DNA of 64,000 bases, from the NCBI GenBank assembly GCA_963824465.1, contig CAWGPL010000008.1, positions 1,820-65,819 of the forward strand, in the 5' to 3' direction. This document shows, piece after piece, positions 32,307 through 43,724 of this stretch. Source of the DNA: an uncultured Alphaproteobacteria bacterium. GTDB taxonomy: Bacteria > Pseudomonadota > Alphaproteobacteria > Rhizobiales > Beijerinckiaceae. Each line of letters opens with the position of its first letter. Positions within the stretch are counted from its first letter, which is position 1. The notes under the pieces were generated by a model, which did no database searches, was not told where the DNA came from, and worked only from the letters and a program-made list of their open reading frames with translations. The translations under genes were made by a program, and so were the position numbers.

Positions 32307-35264
32307 ATGAACGACGCGCCCGGCGGCGGCCCCGACTATTCGCAGACCCTGTATCTTCCGAAGACCGATTTCCCAATGCGCGCCGGCCTCCCGCAGAAGG
32401 AGCCGGAGATTCTGGCGCGCTGGGCGCAGGAGGATCTCTACGGAGCGTTGCGGACCAGTGGCAAGGGCCGACCGAAATTCGTCCTGCACGACGGGCCTCC
32501 CTACGCGAATGGCGAGATTCATATCGGTACGGCGCTGAACAAGATTCTCAAGGATCTGGTCGTTCGCTCGCAGCAGATGGCCGGCAAGGAATCCAATTAT
32601 GTGCCCGGCTGGGACTGTCACGGCTTGCCTATCGAATGGAAGGTGGAGGAGGAGTTCTATCGGAAGAAGGGTAAGACCAAGCCGGATTTCTCAGACTCCC
32701 AGGCTATCATCGCCTTTCGCCGCGAGTGCCGCGCCTACGCCGAGCATTGGATCGACGTCCAGCGCGAGCAGTTCAAGCGGCTCGGCGTCGTCGGCGACTG
32801 GGATCATCCCTATCTGACGATGAGCTATCCGGCCGAAGCCCAGATTGCTCGAGAGATCTTCAAATTCGTCGCCAACGGCCTGCTCTATCGCGGCTCGAAG
32901 CCGGTGATGTGGAGCGTCGTCGAAAAGACAGCGCTCGCGGAGGCCGAAGTCGAATACGAAGATTATACGAGCGACACCGTTCATGTCGCCTTCCCGGTCG
33001 AGGGGGACGCCGCTTCCGTCGTAATCTGGACGACGACGCCATGGACGATGCCTGGAAACCGGGCGATCGCCTTCTCGCGCCGCATTGCCTACGGACGCTA
33101 CCGGGTAACGGATGCGGATGCAGACAATTGGGCGAAGCCTGGCGCGGAATACATCGTCGCGAAGAGCCTGGCCGAGGCGACGTTCGCCGCTGCGCGTGTG
33201 AAAGCCTTCGAATTTTTGGGCGATGTCGCCACGGAGACGCTGGAGTCGATGCTCTGCGCCCATCCGCTTCGCGCCCACGGCTACGGCTTTGTCGTGCCTC
33301 TGCTGGCGGGCGAATATGTGACCGAAGACGCCGGCACCGGATTTGTCCACACCGCCCCGGGCCATGGACGCGAGGATTTCGAACTCTGGACGTCCAATAC
33401 GCGCTTCCTGCAGGAGCGCGGGATCGACACGCGCATCCCTTCCACGGTGGACGAGAACGGCGCCTTCACTGAGGAAGCGCCGGGCTTCGAGGGCCGGCGG
33501 GTCCTCACCGACAAGGGCGAAAAAGGCGACGCCAACGAAGCGGTCATGCGGGCGTTAGTCGAAGCAGGTTCGCTCGTCGCGCGCGGCAAACTCAAGCATC
33601 AATACCCACACAGCTGGCGCTCCAAGAAGCCCGTTATCTATCGCAACACGCCGCAATGGTTTCTGGCTATGGATCGGCCCTACGCCAGCGCCCCCGGCGG
33701 CAAGACCCTGCGCGAAGTCGCCATCGCCGCCATCGAGTCGACGCGCTGGGAACCGGCGACGGGCGAGAACCGCATCAAGGGAATGGTGCAGAGCCGGCCG
33801 GACTGGGTGCTCTCGCGCCAGCGCGCCTGGGGCGTCCCGCTCGCCATCTTCGTAAACAGAGCGGACCGCCAGGTCCTCTACGACGAAGAAGTCAACGCCC
33901 GGATTGCGGACACTTTCGACAGGGAGGGCGCCGACGCCTGGTTCGAGGAGGGCGCCAAGGCGCGCTTCCTCGGCGATAAGCACAACCCCGACGATTACGA
34001 CAAGGTCGACAACCTCGTGGAGGTCTGGTTCGACTCGGGGTCGACGCACGCGTTTGTGCTGGACGACCCGATTCACTTCCCGGGTCTTGCCGGGATCAAA
34101 CGGATGGTCGACGGCGGGCGCGATCAGGTGATGTATCTCGAAGGCTCCGACCAGCATCGCGGGTGGTTCCAGTCTTCGCTGCTTGAGAGTTGCGGCACGC
34201 GCGGACGCGCGCCTTTCGACATCGTGCTCACCCACGGCTTCACGCTCGACGAAAAGGGGCGCAAGCAATCGAAGTCGCTGGGCAACCAGACCTTTCCGCA
34301 GGATGTCATCCGCACGTCGGGCGCCGATATCCTCCGCCTGTGGGTGGCCAGCGTCGATTATTCCGACGACCAGCGAATCGGGCCGGAAATCCTGAAGGCC
34401 GTCAGCGACCATTATCGCAAGCTGCGCAACACGATCCGCTGGATGCTGGGCACGCTCGCGCACCATCAGCCCGCAGACGATTCTTTCGACTTCGCGGCGC
34501 TTCAAAGCCTCGAACGCCTGATGCTGCACAAACTCGCGGAGCTCGACGGCAAGGTCCGGGACGCTTACGCGAATTTCGATTACGCGCGGGTCGTCTCGAC
34601 GCTGTCGGCCTTCCTGAATTCAGACTTGTCGGCGTTTTACTTCGACGTGCGCAAGGACGTCCTCTACTGCGATCCGCCGTCCAGCCAACGGCGGATGGGC
34701 TCCCTCGAAGTCATCGAGCGGATTTTCCGTGCGGTCACCGTTTGGCTAGCGCCCATTCTGGTCTTCACCTCCGAGGAGGCCTGGGCCTCGCGCGACCCAA
34801 GCCATCGCTCTGTTCATCTCGAGCAGTTCCCGGCGATTCCCGCCGAATGGCGCGACGAGGACCTGGCTCGAAAGTGGGAAACCATCCGCCAACTGCGCTC
34901 GGTTGTGACCGGGGCGATCGAAGTCGCCCGCGCGGCCAAGAGCATCGGCTCTTCGCTCGAGGCGGCGCCACGCGTCTACTTGTCGACGCCCGAGCAAGCG
35001 GACGCGCTCGTGGGCGTTGACTTCGCGGAGGTCTGTATCACCTCCGAGATCGCGATCGAGACGTCCATTCCAGCGCCCGCCGACGCTTTCAAGCTGCCCG
35101 ACGCGCCCGGCGTAGCGGTCGTGGTCGAGCGTGCACAGGGAGTCAAATGCGCCCGCTCGTGGCGCTATTTCGACCCGACGACGGCCCTGCCGGATTATCC
35201 CGACGTGACGCCGCGGGATGGGATCGCGCTGCGCGAACTCAAGGCGCTCGGCAGGTTGGCGTGA
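32307..35264 (+). CDS. ileS: Isoleucyl-tRNA synthetase
   Basis: [68 protein letters not shown]. Confidence 0.98.
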   Translation: MNDAPGGGPDYSQTLYLPKTDFPMRAGLPQKEPEILARWAQEDLYGALRTSGKGRPKFVLHDGPPYANGEIHIGTALNKILKDLVVRSQQMAGKESNYVPGWDCHGLPIEWKVEEEFYRKKGKTKPDFSDSQAIIAFRRECRAYAEHWIDVQREQFKRLGVVGDWDHPYLTMSYPAEAQIAREIFKFVANGLLYRGSKPVMWSVVEKTALAEAEVEYEDYTSDTVHVAFPVEGDAASVVIWTTTPWTMPGNRAIAFSRRIAYGRYRVTDADADNWAKPGAEYIVAKSLAEATFAAARVKAFEFLGDVATETLESMLCAHPLRAHGYGFVVPLLAGEYVTEDAGTGFVHTAPGHGREDFELWTSNTRFLQERGIDTRIPSTVDENGAFTEEAPGFEGRRVLTDKGEKGDANEAVMRALVEAGSLVARGKLKHQYPHSWRSKKPVIYRNTPQWFLAMDRPYASAPGGKTLREVAIAAIESTRWEPATGENRIKGMVQSRPDWVLSRQRAWGVPLAIFVNRADRQVLYDEEVNARIADTFDREGADAWFEEGAKARFLGDKHNPDDYDKVDNLVEVWFDSGSTHAFVLDDPIHFPGLAGIKRMVDGGRDQVMYLEGSDQHRGWFQSSLLESCGTRGRAPFDIVLTHGFTLDEKGRKQSKSLGNQTFPQDVIRTSGADILRLWVASVDYSDDQRIGPEILKAVSDHYRKLRNTIRWMLGTLAHHQPADDSFDFAALQSLERLMLHKLAELDGKVRDAYANFDYARVVSTLSAFLNSDLSAFYFDVRKDVLYCDPPSSQRRMGSLEVIERIFRAVTVWLAPILVFTSEEAWASRDPSHRSVHLEQFPAIPAEWRDEDLARKWETIRQLRSVVTGAIEVARAAKSIGSSLEAAPRVYLSTPEQADALVGVDFAEVCITSEIAIETSIPAPADAFKLPDAPGVAVVVERAQGVKCARSWRYFDPTTALPDYPDVTPRDGIALRELKALGRLA

Positions 35265-35761
35265 CTCCGCGCCGGCTCGGCGCTCTCGTCGCGATCGCGG
35301 TCGCGCTCGCAGATCAACTGGCGAAGTTGCTCGTTCTGCGTTTCGCCAGCGACGGTTCGGCGCCGCTCGGACCGTTTCTCGACCTTACCCTGCGCTGGAA
35401 TACCGGAATTTCATTCAGCTTCTTTGCGGGGAACTCCTCGGCCGGCCGCGCGCTCCTTCTCGCCTTTACCTTGGCGGCGACGGTGCTGTTGGGCTGGTGG
35501 CTGGCCCGCTGCCAGTCCTTCCTGGTGGGCGCGGGCCTCGGCGCCATCATCGGCGGCGCTGTCGGAAACGCGGCGGATCGCGCGTTGCATGGCGCAGTCG
35601 TCGACTATCTCGATCTGCACGCTTTTGGCGCACATTTTTTCGTCTTCAATCTCGCGGATGCGGCGATCAATGTCGGGGTCGCGTTGCTGATCCTTGACGC
35701 CGTGTTCGGAACACGGTCAAAGACGGCTGGAAACCGGACGGTAACCCCTCCGGGCGCATAA
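35261..35761 (+). CDS. lspA: Signal peptidase II
   Basis: [38 protein letters not shown]; GTG start overlaps the ileS stop. Confidence 0.95.
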   Translation: MTPRRLGALVAIAVALADQLAKLLVLRFASDGSAPLGPFLDLTLRWNTGISFSFFAGNSSAGRALLLAFTLAATVLLGWWLARCQSFLVGAGLGAIIGGAVGNAADRALHGAVVDYLDLHAFGAHFFVFNLADAAINVGVALLILDAVFGTRSKTAGNRTVTPPGA

Positions 35762-35880
35762 ATTGCCATGACTTTGGTGGCGATAGCGTGGGTTTGCCGC
35801 CGGACCGGCCTTGCATTCGCCGGATTTGGCGGCGACTAGGGGCGGGGCGCATTGCGCTTAGGGCGCGCGTGGAAAAAACA

Positions 35881-36492
35881 ATGCGTACGAGCTTTTACAC
35901 AGCCGCTGCATCTCTTCTGTGTGTTTCGCTGTGCTGGGGAACCGCAGCACAGGCCGGAGACGACGGGTCAGCCCCGCTTTGGGTCGGCATAGGCTCAATC
36001 TTCAGCCCGCTTCTCGGGGCGACGGACGTCACGGGCCTGCTCGGGTTCGGCGGCAAGGAGGAGAAGCCGCCCATCGACTATCACGAACACGGAAAGATCG
36101 TGGTTCCGAAGAACTACGATCTTCCCCCGCCGGGCGGAGCGCCTGTCGCCGTCGAGGGCGGGGCATGGCCCGTGAACCAGGAAATAACCCGCCGAAAGCT
36201 TCGCAAGGAGGCGGAGAAGAAAGTGATCGCCGGCCAAGGCGATGCGCGCCTCCGCTACACGCATCCGTTCCCGAACGCGCCGGTGACGGTGCGCGCCGCC
36301 GACCAACCGGACGCGACCGACAAGTGCGCGAACGGAAAATGCGACGCGCCAACCTCTACGCTCGGCCTGCTTAATCCACTCGGTTGGGTTGGCATCGGGA
36401 AAAGCAAGCCGCTTGGGCCGGAGCCGGACCGGGAATGGCTGACCGATCCGCCAAAGGGATACCGCGATCCTGCCGGTCAGGCGGCCAATTGA
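35881..36492 (+). CDS. Exported hypothetical protein of the type commonly found after lspA in Hyphomicrobiales
   Basis: Signal peptide ending AQA; IDYHEHGKIVVP..DLPPP, WP and EPDREWLTDPPKGYR motifs. Confidence 0.7.
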   Translation: MRTSFYTAAASLLCVSLCWGTAAQAGDDGSAPLWVGIGSIFSPLLGATDVTGLLGFGGKEEKPPIDYHEHGKIVVPKNYDLPPPGGAPVAVEGGAWPVNQEITRRKLRKEAEKKVIAGQGDARLRYTHPFPNAPVTVRAADQPDATDKCANGKCDAPTSTLGLLNPLGWVGIGKSKPLGPEPDREWLTDPPKGYRDPAGQAAN

Positions 36493-36925
36493 GAAGGCCA
36501 TTCCGCGATTTTCCCGCGCTTTTGCTGTTTGTGTGGAATCGTGCTTGCCATGGGAGCAAAAGCCGCTATTTTAGTGTTGGGAATCGCCGATAGCCGCTGG
36601 TGCGGGGCTGCAGGAGGCGAGGTTGTCGGGATTGGATCCGAAGGATCGACCCGTCTATCCGAAAGCACGAACACCCTGTGATTCGACGATAAGGATGCTG
36701 ACGCGCCTGTGACAAGTCACAGCCTGGCGGTATCTTGCCTTAGCATTCGTTGGATCTCGGGAACCTCGGCGGCGCGGTTGCGCCGAGAACGGATGCGGGC
36801 TTCCGCCGTTTCGAGACGTCCGCAGGCCATGCAATTGTCCGCTATTGAGACGGCAATCGGCAACAAACAATCGAACGCCCCATTTGGCGTCGTTAGTCGA
36901 GACGCGGGACACTCCGGGTAAAGCA

Positions 36926-37876
36926 ATGAGACCAGGTCAAAACAAGCGTATGCGCGGTAGGCCGTCTAACAATCGCCGCGGCCCGAATCCTTTGACGCGA
37001 TCCTACGAGTTGAATGGCCCCGACGTTAAGATCCGCGGAAACGCGCATCATGTCGCGGAGAAATACCTTCAGCTCGCCCGGGACGCCCATACGGGTGGCG
37101 ACCCGGTTGCGGCGGAGAACTATCTGCAGCACGCCGAACACTACTTCCGCCTGATCGCGGCGGCTCAAGCGGCTCAGGCTCTCGCTCAGAGCGGCCAACC
37201 TCGACCGGCCGAGGGAGAATCGGAGGAATTCGACGACGAGGACGATTTTGGCGGGATGTCGGACCGTTTCGCTTCGCCGTCGGAGCGTACGGTCTATCCC
37301 CAGCAGGGGGGTGGTTTTCAGCAGGGCGGATTGCCGTCGCCGAACGCGCCGCAACCCTATGTCGATCGGCCGCCATTCGATCCGGATCGCCAGCCGCAAG
37401 GAGATAGGGGCGGGTTTCAACCAAGGCAGGATCGCCAGGGACCCAGATTTCAGGATCGCCCGCCGCGTCCGCAGAACGGCGACCGGAACGAAAATTTTCG
37501 GGATCGCCAGAATCGCGACCGCCCTCGGGAGTTCCGTCCCTACCGCGAGCAGCCTCAGCCAAATCCGGCCATCGAGGGTGGCGGTGGAGCCAATGCCCTG
37601 CCCGCCTTCATCACCACCGCGCCCAGGGCCGCTCCGGCCGAGAATGAGGAAGCGTCTCTTCCGCTGACCGAGGCCCCGGCGCCAACGCCGGCTGCGGAGC
37701 CATCCGACGCCCCCGCGTCCTCCGGTTTCCCGGACAATCCGACCGACTCCCGGTTTCCGGGTCGCGGACGACGTCGCCGGCTACGGTCGCCTTACGGCTT
37801 CAATGCGGCTCAAGGGGACACGGAGCCGAACGACTCCGCGGCGCCGATCAGCGACGAAACGCCAATCGGCGAATAG
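36926..37876 (+). CDS. DUF4167 domain protein with long disordered tail
   Basis: NPLTRSYE.NGPDVKIRGNAHHVAEKYLQLARDA...AENYLQHAEHYFR, then a Q/R/P/D-rich region with LPAFIT. Confidence 0.9.
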   Translation: MRPGQNKRMRGRPSNNRRGPNPLTRSYELNGPDVKIRGNAHHVAEKYLQLARDAHTGGDPVAAENYLQHAEHYFRLIAAAQAAQALAQSGQPRPAEGESEEFDDEDDFGGMSDRFASPSERTVYPQQGGGFQQGGLPSPNAPQPYVDRPPFDPDRQPQGDRGGFQPRQDRQGPRFQDRPPRPQNGDRNENFRDRQNRDRPREFRPYREQPQPNPAIEGGGGANALPAFITTAPRAAPAENEEASLPLTEAPAPTPAAEPSDAPASSGFPDNPTDSRFPGRGRRRRLRSPYGFNAAQGDTEPNDSAAPISDETPIGE

Positions 37877-37882
37877 GGCGGT

Positions 37883-38245
37883 CTAGCCCGCAAGGTCAGC
37901 GAACTTTGCGCTGAGGTGCTCGCGGTCGAATGGCTTGAGCATGAAGTCGTTGGCTCCGGCGTGGATTGCTCGCGCCAAGTGAGCGACATTGTTTTCGCTG
38001 GCGCAGAAGATGACTCTCGCGGCTTTGCCCCCGCTCATTTTGCGCAGGCGTTGTATGAACTCGCAGCCATCGATGTTCGGCATGCTCGCGTCGACGAATA
38101 CGGCGTCCGGCATCGCGAAAGCGCACGCCGCCAGCGCTTCGCTCCCGTTGCGGGCTTCCTCGACCATAAAGTCAGCGCTCTCCAAAATTCGGCGTGCGAT
38201 TTTCCGCACAACCGGAGAGTCATCGACGATCAGAACGGTTGGCAT
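37883..38245 (-). CDS. Single-domain response regulator (CheY-like)
   Basis: VLIVDDS, FVDASMPNIDG, GANDFMLKPFD; downstream of chpT. Confidence 0.92.
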   Translation of the reverse strand: MPTVLIVDDSPVVRKIARRILESADFMVEEARNGSEALAACAFAMPDAVFVDASMPNIDGCEFIQRLRKMSGGKAARVIFCASENNVAHLARAIHAGANDFMLKPFDREHLSAKFADLAG

Positions 38246-38303
38246 GTTCAATCTTCCGCCGGGCGCCAAGGCGCACCTTCGGAAGAACTGTCGCCAATTT
38301 CGC

Positions 38304-39029
38304 TTAACAAGCCCGAAACGTCGGCTTTGCTGTCGATTTTTTCAGACCGCCTGAGACGCGCCCGCCGCCAGCGCCGCCTCCCCGCCTTGTTCTGCGACCG
38401 TAGCCGCCAAGGTGACTTCGCTCCACCGACGCCGTGCCGGTGATCGTCATTCCGCACTGCTCCGCGAGCAGGGACGCGTAGTAGGGCTGGATCGAATGAG
38501 CGTCGATCGACTCGATAGGCTCGCCGGAGAAAAGCTTCGCCACAATGTTCGGAAGCCGTGCGTTCGTGCCCGCAGCTTCAATGCGAACGGCGGAAACGGC
38601 GTCGTCGCCGTCGAGGTGAACCGAAAGGACGCCGCCGCGCGGGATTGCCGCCGAGCCGATCAGGCACAAATTCAGGCAAAGCTTCACGATGTTCTTAGGC
38701 GCCAGCCGACGCGGAATGCTCCACTGCAGCGTCGTGCGGTCGTTGGCCAAAAGGCCGCGCGCCACATTCTCCGCGTCTCCCGTGTCGATCGAAGCTGTCA
38801 AAGACCCTGCCGCACCGAAAGCCAGGCGGCAGAACTGGATGCGCGCCGATGCTGAGGCAGCGCTTTTCTTGATGAGATCCATCGCGATCTCGCGCATTTC
38901 CGGATCTTCCTCGTCATCGAGCACCTCAAGTCCGTTGACGATCGCGCCAACCGGGCTGATGACATCGTGGCAGACCCGGGAGCACAAGAGCGCGGCGAGG
39001 TCGAGCGAGGCCAGCGAAACAGTCGTCAA
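38304..39029 (-). CDS. chpT: Histidine phosphotransferase ChpT (3' end probably frameshifted near 38418)
   Basis: LDLAALLCSRVCHDVISPVGAIVNGLEVL, FCRLAFGAAG, AIPRGG, DAHSIQPYY. Confidence 0.93.
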   Translation of the reverse strand: MTTVSLASLDLAALLCSRVCHDVISPVGAIVNGLEVLDDEEDPEMREIAMDLIKKSAASASARIQFCRLAFGAAGSLTASIDTGDAENVARGLLANDRTTLQWSIPRRLAPKNIVKLCLNLCLIGSAAIPRGGVLSVHLDGDDAVSAVRIEAAGTNARLPNIVAKLFSGEPIESIDAHSIQPYYASLLAEQCGMTITGTASVERSHLGGYGRRTRRGGGAGGGRVSGGLKKSTAKPTFRAC

Positions 39030-39165
39030 AGGGAGAATCCTGTGGTCGAGATCGACAGACGCGAAGAACGGCGGAAGCGAACAGGAATCGTATCCATTGT
39101 GAGTCTTCTATCCGATTCGTCGCCGAACGGCGACCCTGCTTCGCCGGGTAAGCGGCAGCCAGGGA

Positions 39166-40050
39166 TTGAGCGTCGGGAGCGCCGCTGACGTGGAGGCGTT
39201 CAATTTCGACAAAGCCGGGCCAGACGAGACTGCCGTTTTTCTCGCTCGCGCAGCGCTTGCGGCGGGGCCCGCGGTCATGGATGTTTATGCTCATGGCTGC
39301 GATGTCGAGGTCAAATCCGACGGCAGCCCTGTCACCATCGCGGATCGGCGGGCAGAGGACGTCATCTGTGCATTCCTCCGCTCCGCCGAGGCCTTGCCGC
39401 CCGTCGTAGCAGAGGAATTGGCGGCCGAGCAGTGGCCCCTCGCAGCCAATCGGCGGTTTCTGCTGATCGATCCACTTGACGGCACGCGGGAGTTTCTGGC
39501 CCGTAACGGCGAGTTTACGATCAATATCGCCCTGATCGAGAATGGCGCGCCGCTCGCCGGAGCGGTTTACGCGCCCGCGCTCGGCCGCCTGTGGTTCGGC
39601 GGGAGCCACGCCTATGTTTGCCAGGCGGGCCCGGGCGCCGACCTGCCCGACTCAGCCGGCTGGGTACCCATCCAAATCCGCCCCGCGCCTGCGACGCTGA
39701 CCGCAGTCGCCAGCCGCTCCCACAGCGACGCCCGCACGGAGGCGTTCCTCGGACGCCTGCCCGTCGCCGACCGCCGGTCTCGGGGCTCCTCGCTTAAATT
39801 TTGCCTCCTGGCGGAGGGCGAGGCGGATGTCTATCCACGCTTCGGCCCGACGATGGAGTGGGACACCGCGGCAGGCGACGCTGTGTTGCGCGCCGCCGGG
39901 GGCGTCGTGCTCGACCCCTCGGATGCGCCGCTCCGCTACGGCAAGGTCGAACAAGTCCTGAAGAACGGCCCTTTTGTCGCCTGGGGCGACGTCACGGCTC
40001 CCGCGCGCTTCGGTAACATTAACCCTTCGTCAACGCCGCACGGTCAATGA
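39166..40050 (+). CDS. cysQ: 3'(2'),5'-bisphosphate nucleotidase; exact start uncertain
   Basis: KSDGSPVTIAD, VAEE, LIDPLDGTREF, ASRSH, GSSLKFC, YPRFGPTMEWDTAAG. Confidence 0.93.
   Translation: MSVGSAADVEAFNFDKAGPDETAVFLARAALAAGPAVMDVYAHGCDVEVKSDGSPVTIADRRAEDVICAFLRSAEALPPVVAEELAAEQWPLAANRRFLLIDPLDGTREFLARNGEFTINIALIENGAPLAGAVYAPALGRLWFGGSHAYVCQAGPGADLPDSAGWVPIQIRPAPATLTAVASRSHSDARTEAFLGRLPVADRRSRGSSLKFCLLAEGEADVYPRFGPTMEWDTAAGDAVLRAAGGVVLDPSDAPLRYGKVEQVLKNGPFVAWGDVTAPARFGNINPSSTPHGQ
40019..40034. promoter_or_regulatory. Candidate CtrA-binding site upstream of eipA
   Basis: TTAA-CCCTTCG-TCAAC, one mismatch to TTAA-N7-TTAAC, ~90 bp before eipA; eipA is CtrA-regulated in Brucella. Confidence 0.5.
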
Positions 40051-40120
40051 TAGCGACAGCTCTGGGGCGCGCGTGTGCGAGCGAAGCTCGCCCAATGTAC
40101 GAGATGAGGGCGATATAATC

Positions 40121-40693
40121 ATGATGACGCGCCGACAGATGCTGGCCGGCTCAGTCGCGGCCCCCTTTTCCTCCGTCTTCACCGCCTCCACGCGGGCGGA
40201 CACGCCTCCCGACAGCTTCTCACCGGAGGAGGTGGTCGACAGCGGCCACCGGTTCTTCGGCGACATCTCTCGCGGTCTGGCCGAGGTCGTCCAGGAAGCC
40301 TGCCGGCGCTGGGGACTACCGAACGCCTACATCCTTGGACAGGAGGCCTCGGGCGCGTTCATTGGCGGCCTCCGATACGGCGAAGGGAAAATGTACACCC
40401 GCAATGCCGGCGACCAACGGATCTATTGGCAAGGGCCGTCGGTAGGGTTCGACTGGGGCGGAGACGGCGATCGCACAATGATGCTTGTCTATAACCTACC
40501 GTCGGTGCGAGCGATCTTCAGCCGTTATGGAGGGGTAAACGGTTCAGCCTATTTTGTCGGCGGCTTCGGCTTCACCGCGCTCGCCACGACCGACTCGGTG
40601 GTTGTTCCCATCCGCACCGGGGTCGGAGCGCGACTTGGCGTCAATGTCGGCTATCTGAAGTTCACCCAGAATCCGACCTGGAATCCCTTCTGA
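40121..40693 (+). CDS. eipA: DUF1134 envelope integrity protein EipA
   Basis: TRRQML signal; GHRFFG, YILGQEASGAFIGGLRYGEG, WQGPSVGFDWG, GARLGVNVGYLKFT..PTWNPF; near chpT. Confidence 0.9.
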   Translation: MMTRRQMLAGSVAAPFSSVFTASTRADTPPDSFSPEEVVDSGHRFFGDISRGLAEVVQEACRRWGLPNAYILGQEASGAFIGGLRYGEGKMYTRNAGDQRIYWQGPSVGFDWGGDGDRTMMLVYNLPSVRAIFSRYGGVNGSAYFVGGFGFTALATTDSVVVPIRTGVGARLGVNVGYLKFTQNPTWNPF

Positions 40694-40745
40694 GCCCGAC
40701 GTTCGCATAAAATCCGAGCACGCTCTACCGGGTGCGCCCGCCGGA

Positions 40746-41942
40746 TTACCCTTCCGCGCGAAGAGGCGAGGCGCGTCCCTGCTCCCCGGCAAAGCCATCC
40801 GCGGCCGCTTCCGCGGCGGCGGCCGCGGAAGAGCGGCGCCCGATCCAGGATTTCGCTTTGTCGAATCCACGCCCGAAGATGCGCGCCGTGGTGTTCGCGC
40901 AGGCGTCCTTCATGCGCATCGCTCGCTTCTCAACCAGATTCCACGAACAGAAAGCAAGCGCCCAGGAGATCGCGCCGGCGCTCAGCGCCATGGCCAAGAA
41001 CGGCAACTTTGGAAAAACCATCGCAAGCGTCTGTTGCACCGGGAAGGCGTAGATATAGATGCCGTAGGAATAATCGCCCCAATTGTTCACTGCGCGGATT
41101 CGACCGCCGGGAATATAGGCGAGGCAGAGCAGGAAAGGCGCGATGCACAGCAGATAGACCGCGAAGGCGAACGTGCGATCGACCGTCGCGGCCGCCGCGA
41201 CGAGCAAGGGGAGCGCGATAAAAATTCCCCGGTTGAGAAAAAGCCTCTCCCGCCAGAAGTAGAGAGACGCGCCATAGAAGAACATGAACATGGCCACGTC
41301 GGCATTGCTGAGCGCGGCGCGGTCGTTTTCCCTCAGCACCAGGACATAAAAAATCGCCGCCGCGACCGGAGCGGCGAAGCTCAAGACCCGCACCCGAAAA
41401 TGCGGCGCCCAGACGAAAGCGATCCAGCCTACGGCGAGATAGATATACATCCGGGCTTCGACGGGCAGCGTCCATAGCGAGCCATTGAATTCGCCCCTGA
41501 GGGGGGCGTTCTCAAAAACGCCGGGCAACGAATAGCGCATCCCCCAGAGGACAGTGGTGGCGCGGCCGAGATATTCCCAGGTCGTCTTCGACTCATAATA
41601 GTCGTGGAGGGAAAGCGAGGTTAGCGCCGGCGCGAGCAGAAGCACCGTGACCGGCGCCATAAGCCAGAGAGCGGGATAAAGCCGAAGCGCCCGCGCCCAA
41701 AGGAAATGATTGAGGTCGCCACGGTTGAACAGACTCGACGTCACGAGAAATCCGCTCGTCACGAAGAGCATGTCGAGCGCCATTTCCCCGAGCGACCGGC
41801 CGACATGACCGAAAATGAAGTCGCGCGACGGATCGAGCCCTAGAATTGGGCCGCTATGCGCGAGCACGACCGTGAAGGCGGCCAGGAGCCTGAGAAGCGT
41901 GAAGTTGTTGTCGCGGCTGCGCGCATATTCGGAGAGGCGCAT
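40746..41942 (-). CDS. Acyltransferase-3 (OafA-like) membrane O-acyltransferase
   Basis: DNNFTLLRLLAAFTVVLAH, FVTSGFLV, RALRLYPAL, NGSLWTLPVE, DYSYGIYIYAFPVQQ, SWNLVEK. Confidence 0.92.
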   Translation of the reverse strand: MRLSEYARSRDNNFTLLRLLAAFTVVLAHSGPILGLDPSRDFIFGHVGRSLGEMALDMLFVTSGFLVTSSLFNRGDLNHFLWARALRLYPALWLMAPVTVLLLAPALTSLSLHDYYESKTTWEYLGRATTVLWGMRYSLPGVFENAPLRGEFNGSLWTLPVEARMYIYLAVGWIAFVWAPHFRVRVLSFAAPVAAAIFYVLVLRENDRAALSNADVAMFMFFYGASLYFWRERLFLNRGIFIALPLLVAAAATVDRTFAFAVYLLCIAPFLLCLAYIPGGRIRAVNNWGDYSYGIYIYAFPVQQTLAMVFPKLPFLAMALSAGAISWALAFCSWNLVEKRAMRMKDACANTTARIFGRGFDKAKSWIGRRSSAAAAAEAAADGFAGEQGRASPLRAEG

Positions 41943-41973
41943 TACCCCTCCCCGCTTTGGCGCACCGGCGCGA

Positions 41974-43362
41974 TCATTCTGCCGCCTGCATTGGGCGCTC
42001 TGGCTGGGCGAGGCGCTGGCCCTTGAGGAGATCCGCGATCATGAACGCCATTTCGATGGCCTGGTCGGCGTTCAATCGAGGATCGCAATAGGTATGATAG
42101 CGATCGTGCAGGTCATGTTCCGAAATGGCGCGAGCGCCGCCGGTGCATTCGGTGACGTTCTTGCCGGTCATTTCGAGATGCACGCCGCCGGCGTGGACGC
42201 CTTCGGCGCTGCTGACCGCGAAGAAGTTGCGCACCTCATGGGCGATCCGCTCAGTCGGGCGGGTCTTGAAGCCAGTCGACGTCTTGATCGTATTGCCATG
42301 CATCGGGTCCGTCACCCAAAGGACGGAGCGCCCGTCGCGCTTGGCGGCCCGCATCAGCGCCGGCAGCGCAGCCTCGACCTTGTCGGCCCCAAAACGGCAG
42401 ATCAGGGTGAGGCGTCCCGGCTCGGCCTCGGGATCAAGAATGTCAATGAGACGCAGAAGTTCGTCGGGGTGAAGCGACGGCCCGCACTTGAGACCGATCG
42501 GATTTTTCACACCCCGGCAATATTCGACGTGCGCTCCACCCGGCTGACGGGTGCGGTCGCCGATCCAGATCATATGGCCGGAGGTAGCGTAGTAGTCGCC
42601 AGAGGTCGAATTGAGCCGGGTCATCGCCTGCTCGTAGCCGAGCAAGAGCGCCTCATGTGAAGTGTAGAAATCCGTGGCGCGCAACTCCGGATTGGCCTCC
42701 GGGTCAAGCCCCACAGCTCGCATGAAACCAAGCGTCTCAGTAATCCGGTCGGCAAGCTCCTTGTAGCGCTCCGACTGCGGGCTGTCCTTGACGAAGCCCA
42801 GCATCCAACGATGCACATTCTCGAGATTGGCATAGCCGCCGGTCGCGAAAGCGCGCAAAAGATTCAGCGTGGCCGCCGACTGGCGATAGGCTTCAAGCTG
42901 GCGGCGGGGATCAGGTTCGCGCGCGTCTGCAGTGAAGCCAATGTCGTTGACGATGTCGCCGCGATAAGCAGGCAACGACACGCCGTCGATCGTCTCGACG
43001 TCGGAGGACCGGGGCTTGGCGAACTGCCCGGCCACTCGGCCGACCTTCACGATCGGCGAAGCGGCGGCGAACGTCATCACCACCGCCATCTGGAGAAAGA
43101 CGCGAAAGAAATCGCGAATGTTGTCTGCGGAATGTTCGCCGAAGCTTTCGGCGCAATCGCCTCCCTGAAGGAGGAAAGCCTCGCCCGCCGAGGCCCGGCC
43201 CAACGCCCGTTTGAGCTTGCGCGCCTCACCTGCAAAAACCAGCGGCGGATAGCCCGCAAGTTGCCGCTCGGCCTCGGCCAACGCGGGCAGATCCTTATAC
43301 GCGGGCGACTGTTCGATGGGCCTCGCCCGCCAACTGTCTGGCGTCCAACGCTCTTTCAACAT
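41974..43362 (-). CDS. Class II DAHP synthase (3-deoxy-7-phosphoheptulonate synthase)
   Basis: [67 protein letters not shown]. Confidence 0.97.
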   Translation of the reverse strand: MLKERWTPDSWRARPIEQSPAYKDLPALAEAERQLAGYPPLVFAGEARKLKRALGRASAGEAFLLQGGDCAESFGEHSADNIRDFFRVFLQMAVVMTFAAASPIVKVGRVAGQFAKPRSSDVETIDGVSLPAYRGDIVNDIGFTADAREPDPRRQLEAYRQSAATLNLLRAFATGGYANLENVHRWMLGFVKDSPQSERYKELADRITETLGFMRAVGLDPEANPELRATDFYTSHEALLLGYEQAMTRLNSTSGDYYATSGHMIWIGDRTRQPGGAHVEYCRGVKNPIGLKCGPSLHPDELLRLIDILDPEAEPGRLTLICRFGADKVEAALPALMRAAKRDGRSVLWVTDPMHGNTIKTSTGFKTRPTERIAHEVRNFFAVSSAEGVHAGGVHLEMTGKNVTECTGGARAISEHDLHDRYHTYCDPRLNADQAIEMAFMIADLLKGQRLAQPERPMQAAE

Positions 43363-43724
43363 TTTCAATAACGCCTTAAGCGTCCCCTTAAAGGAGCCGC
43401 GTTTTGACCGGAATCGGTCAATTATACAAGGAATAACCTCGGGCCGCATACCGTTTTCACGGCGCGCTTGCTTGTGCTTTGGAGGCGCGAGCGTTCTCCG
43501 CCGGCAAGATCGGGCGTCGAGAACGGGACGACCCCTCCCCGCCAGGATAGGACGAACCTTACGGCGCATCGGGACTTCAGAAGTGCGGCAGCTTTCGCGA
43601 AGCTTGCGAGGTCGTCCCGGCCCCCACACAACCAAGGATTGCCGGAATACCTCATTAACCATATCTCGGTTGAATCGACTTCGATCGGCAACCCCTAAGC
43701 CGGGAGCATCGAAGGACCCAAGAT

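Noticed and set aside
43376-43391. CtrA box TTAA...TTAA
   Set aside because: Spacer is 8 nt rather than 7.
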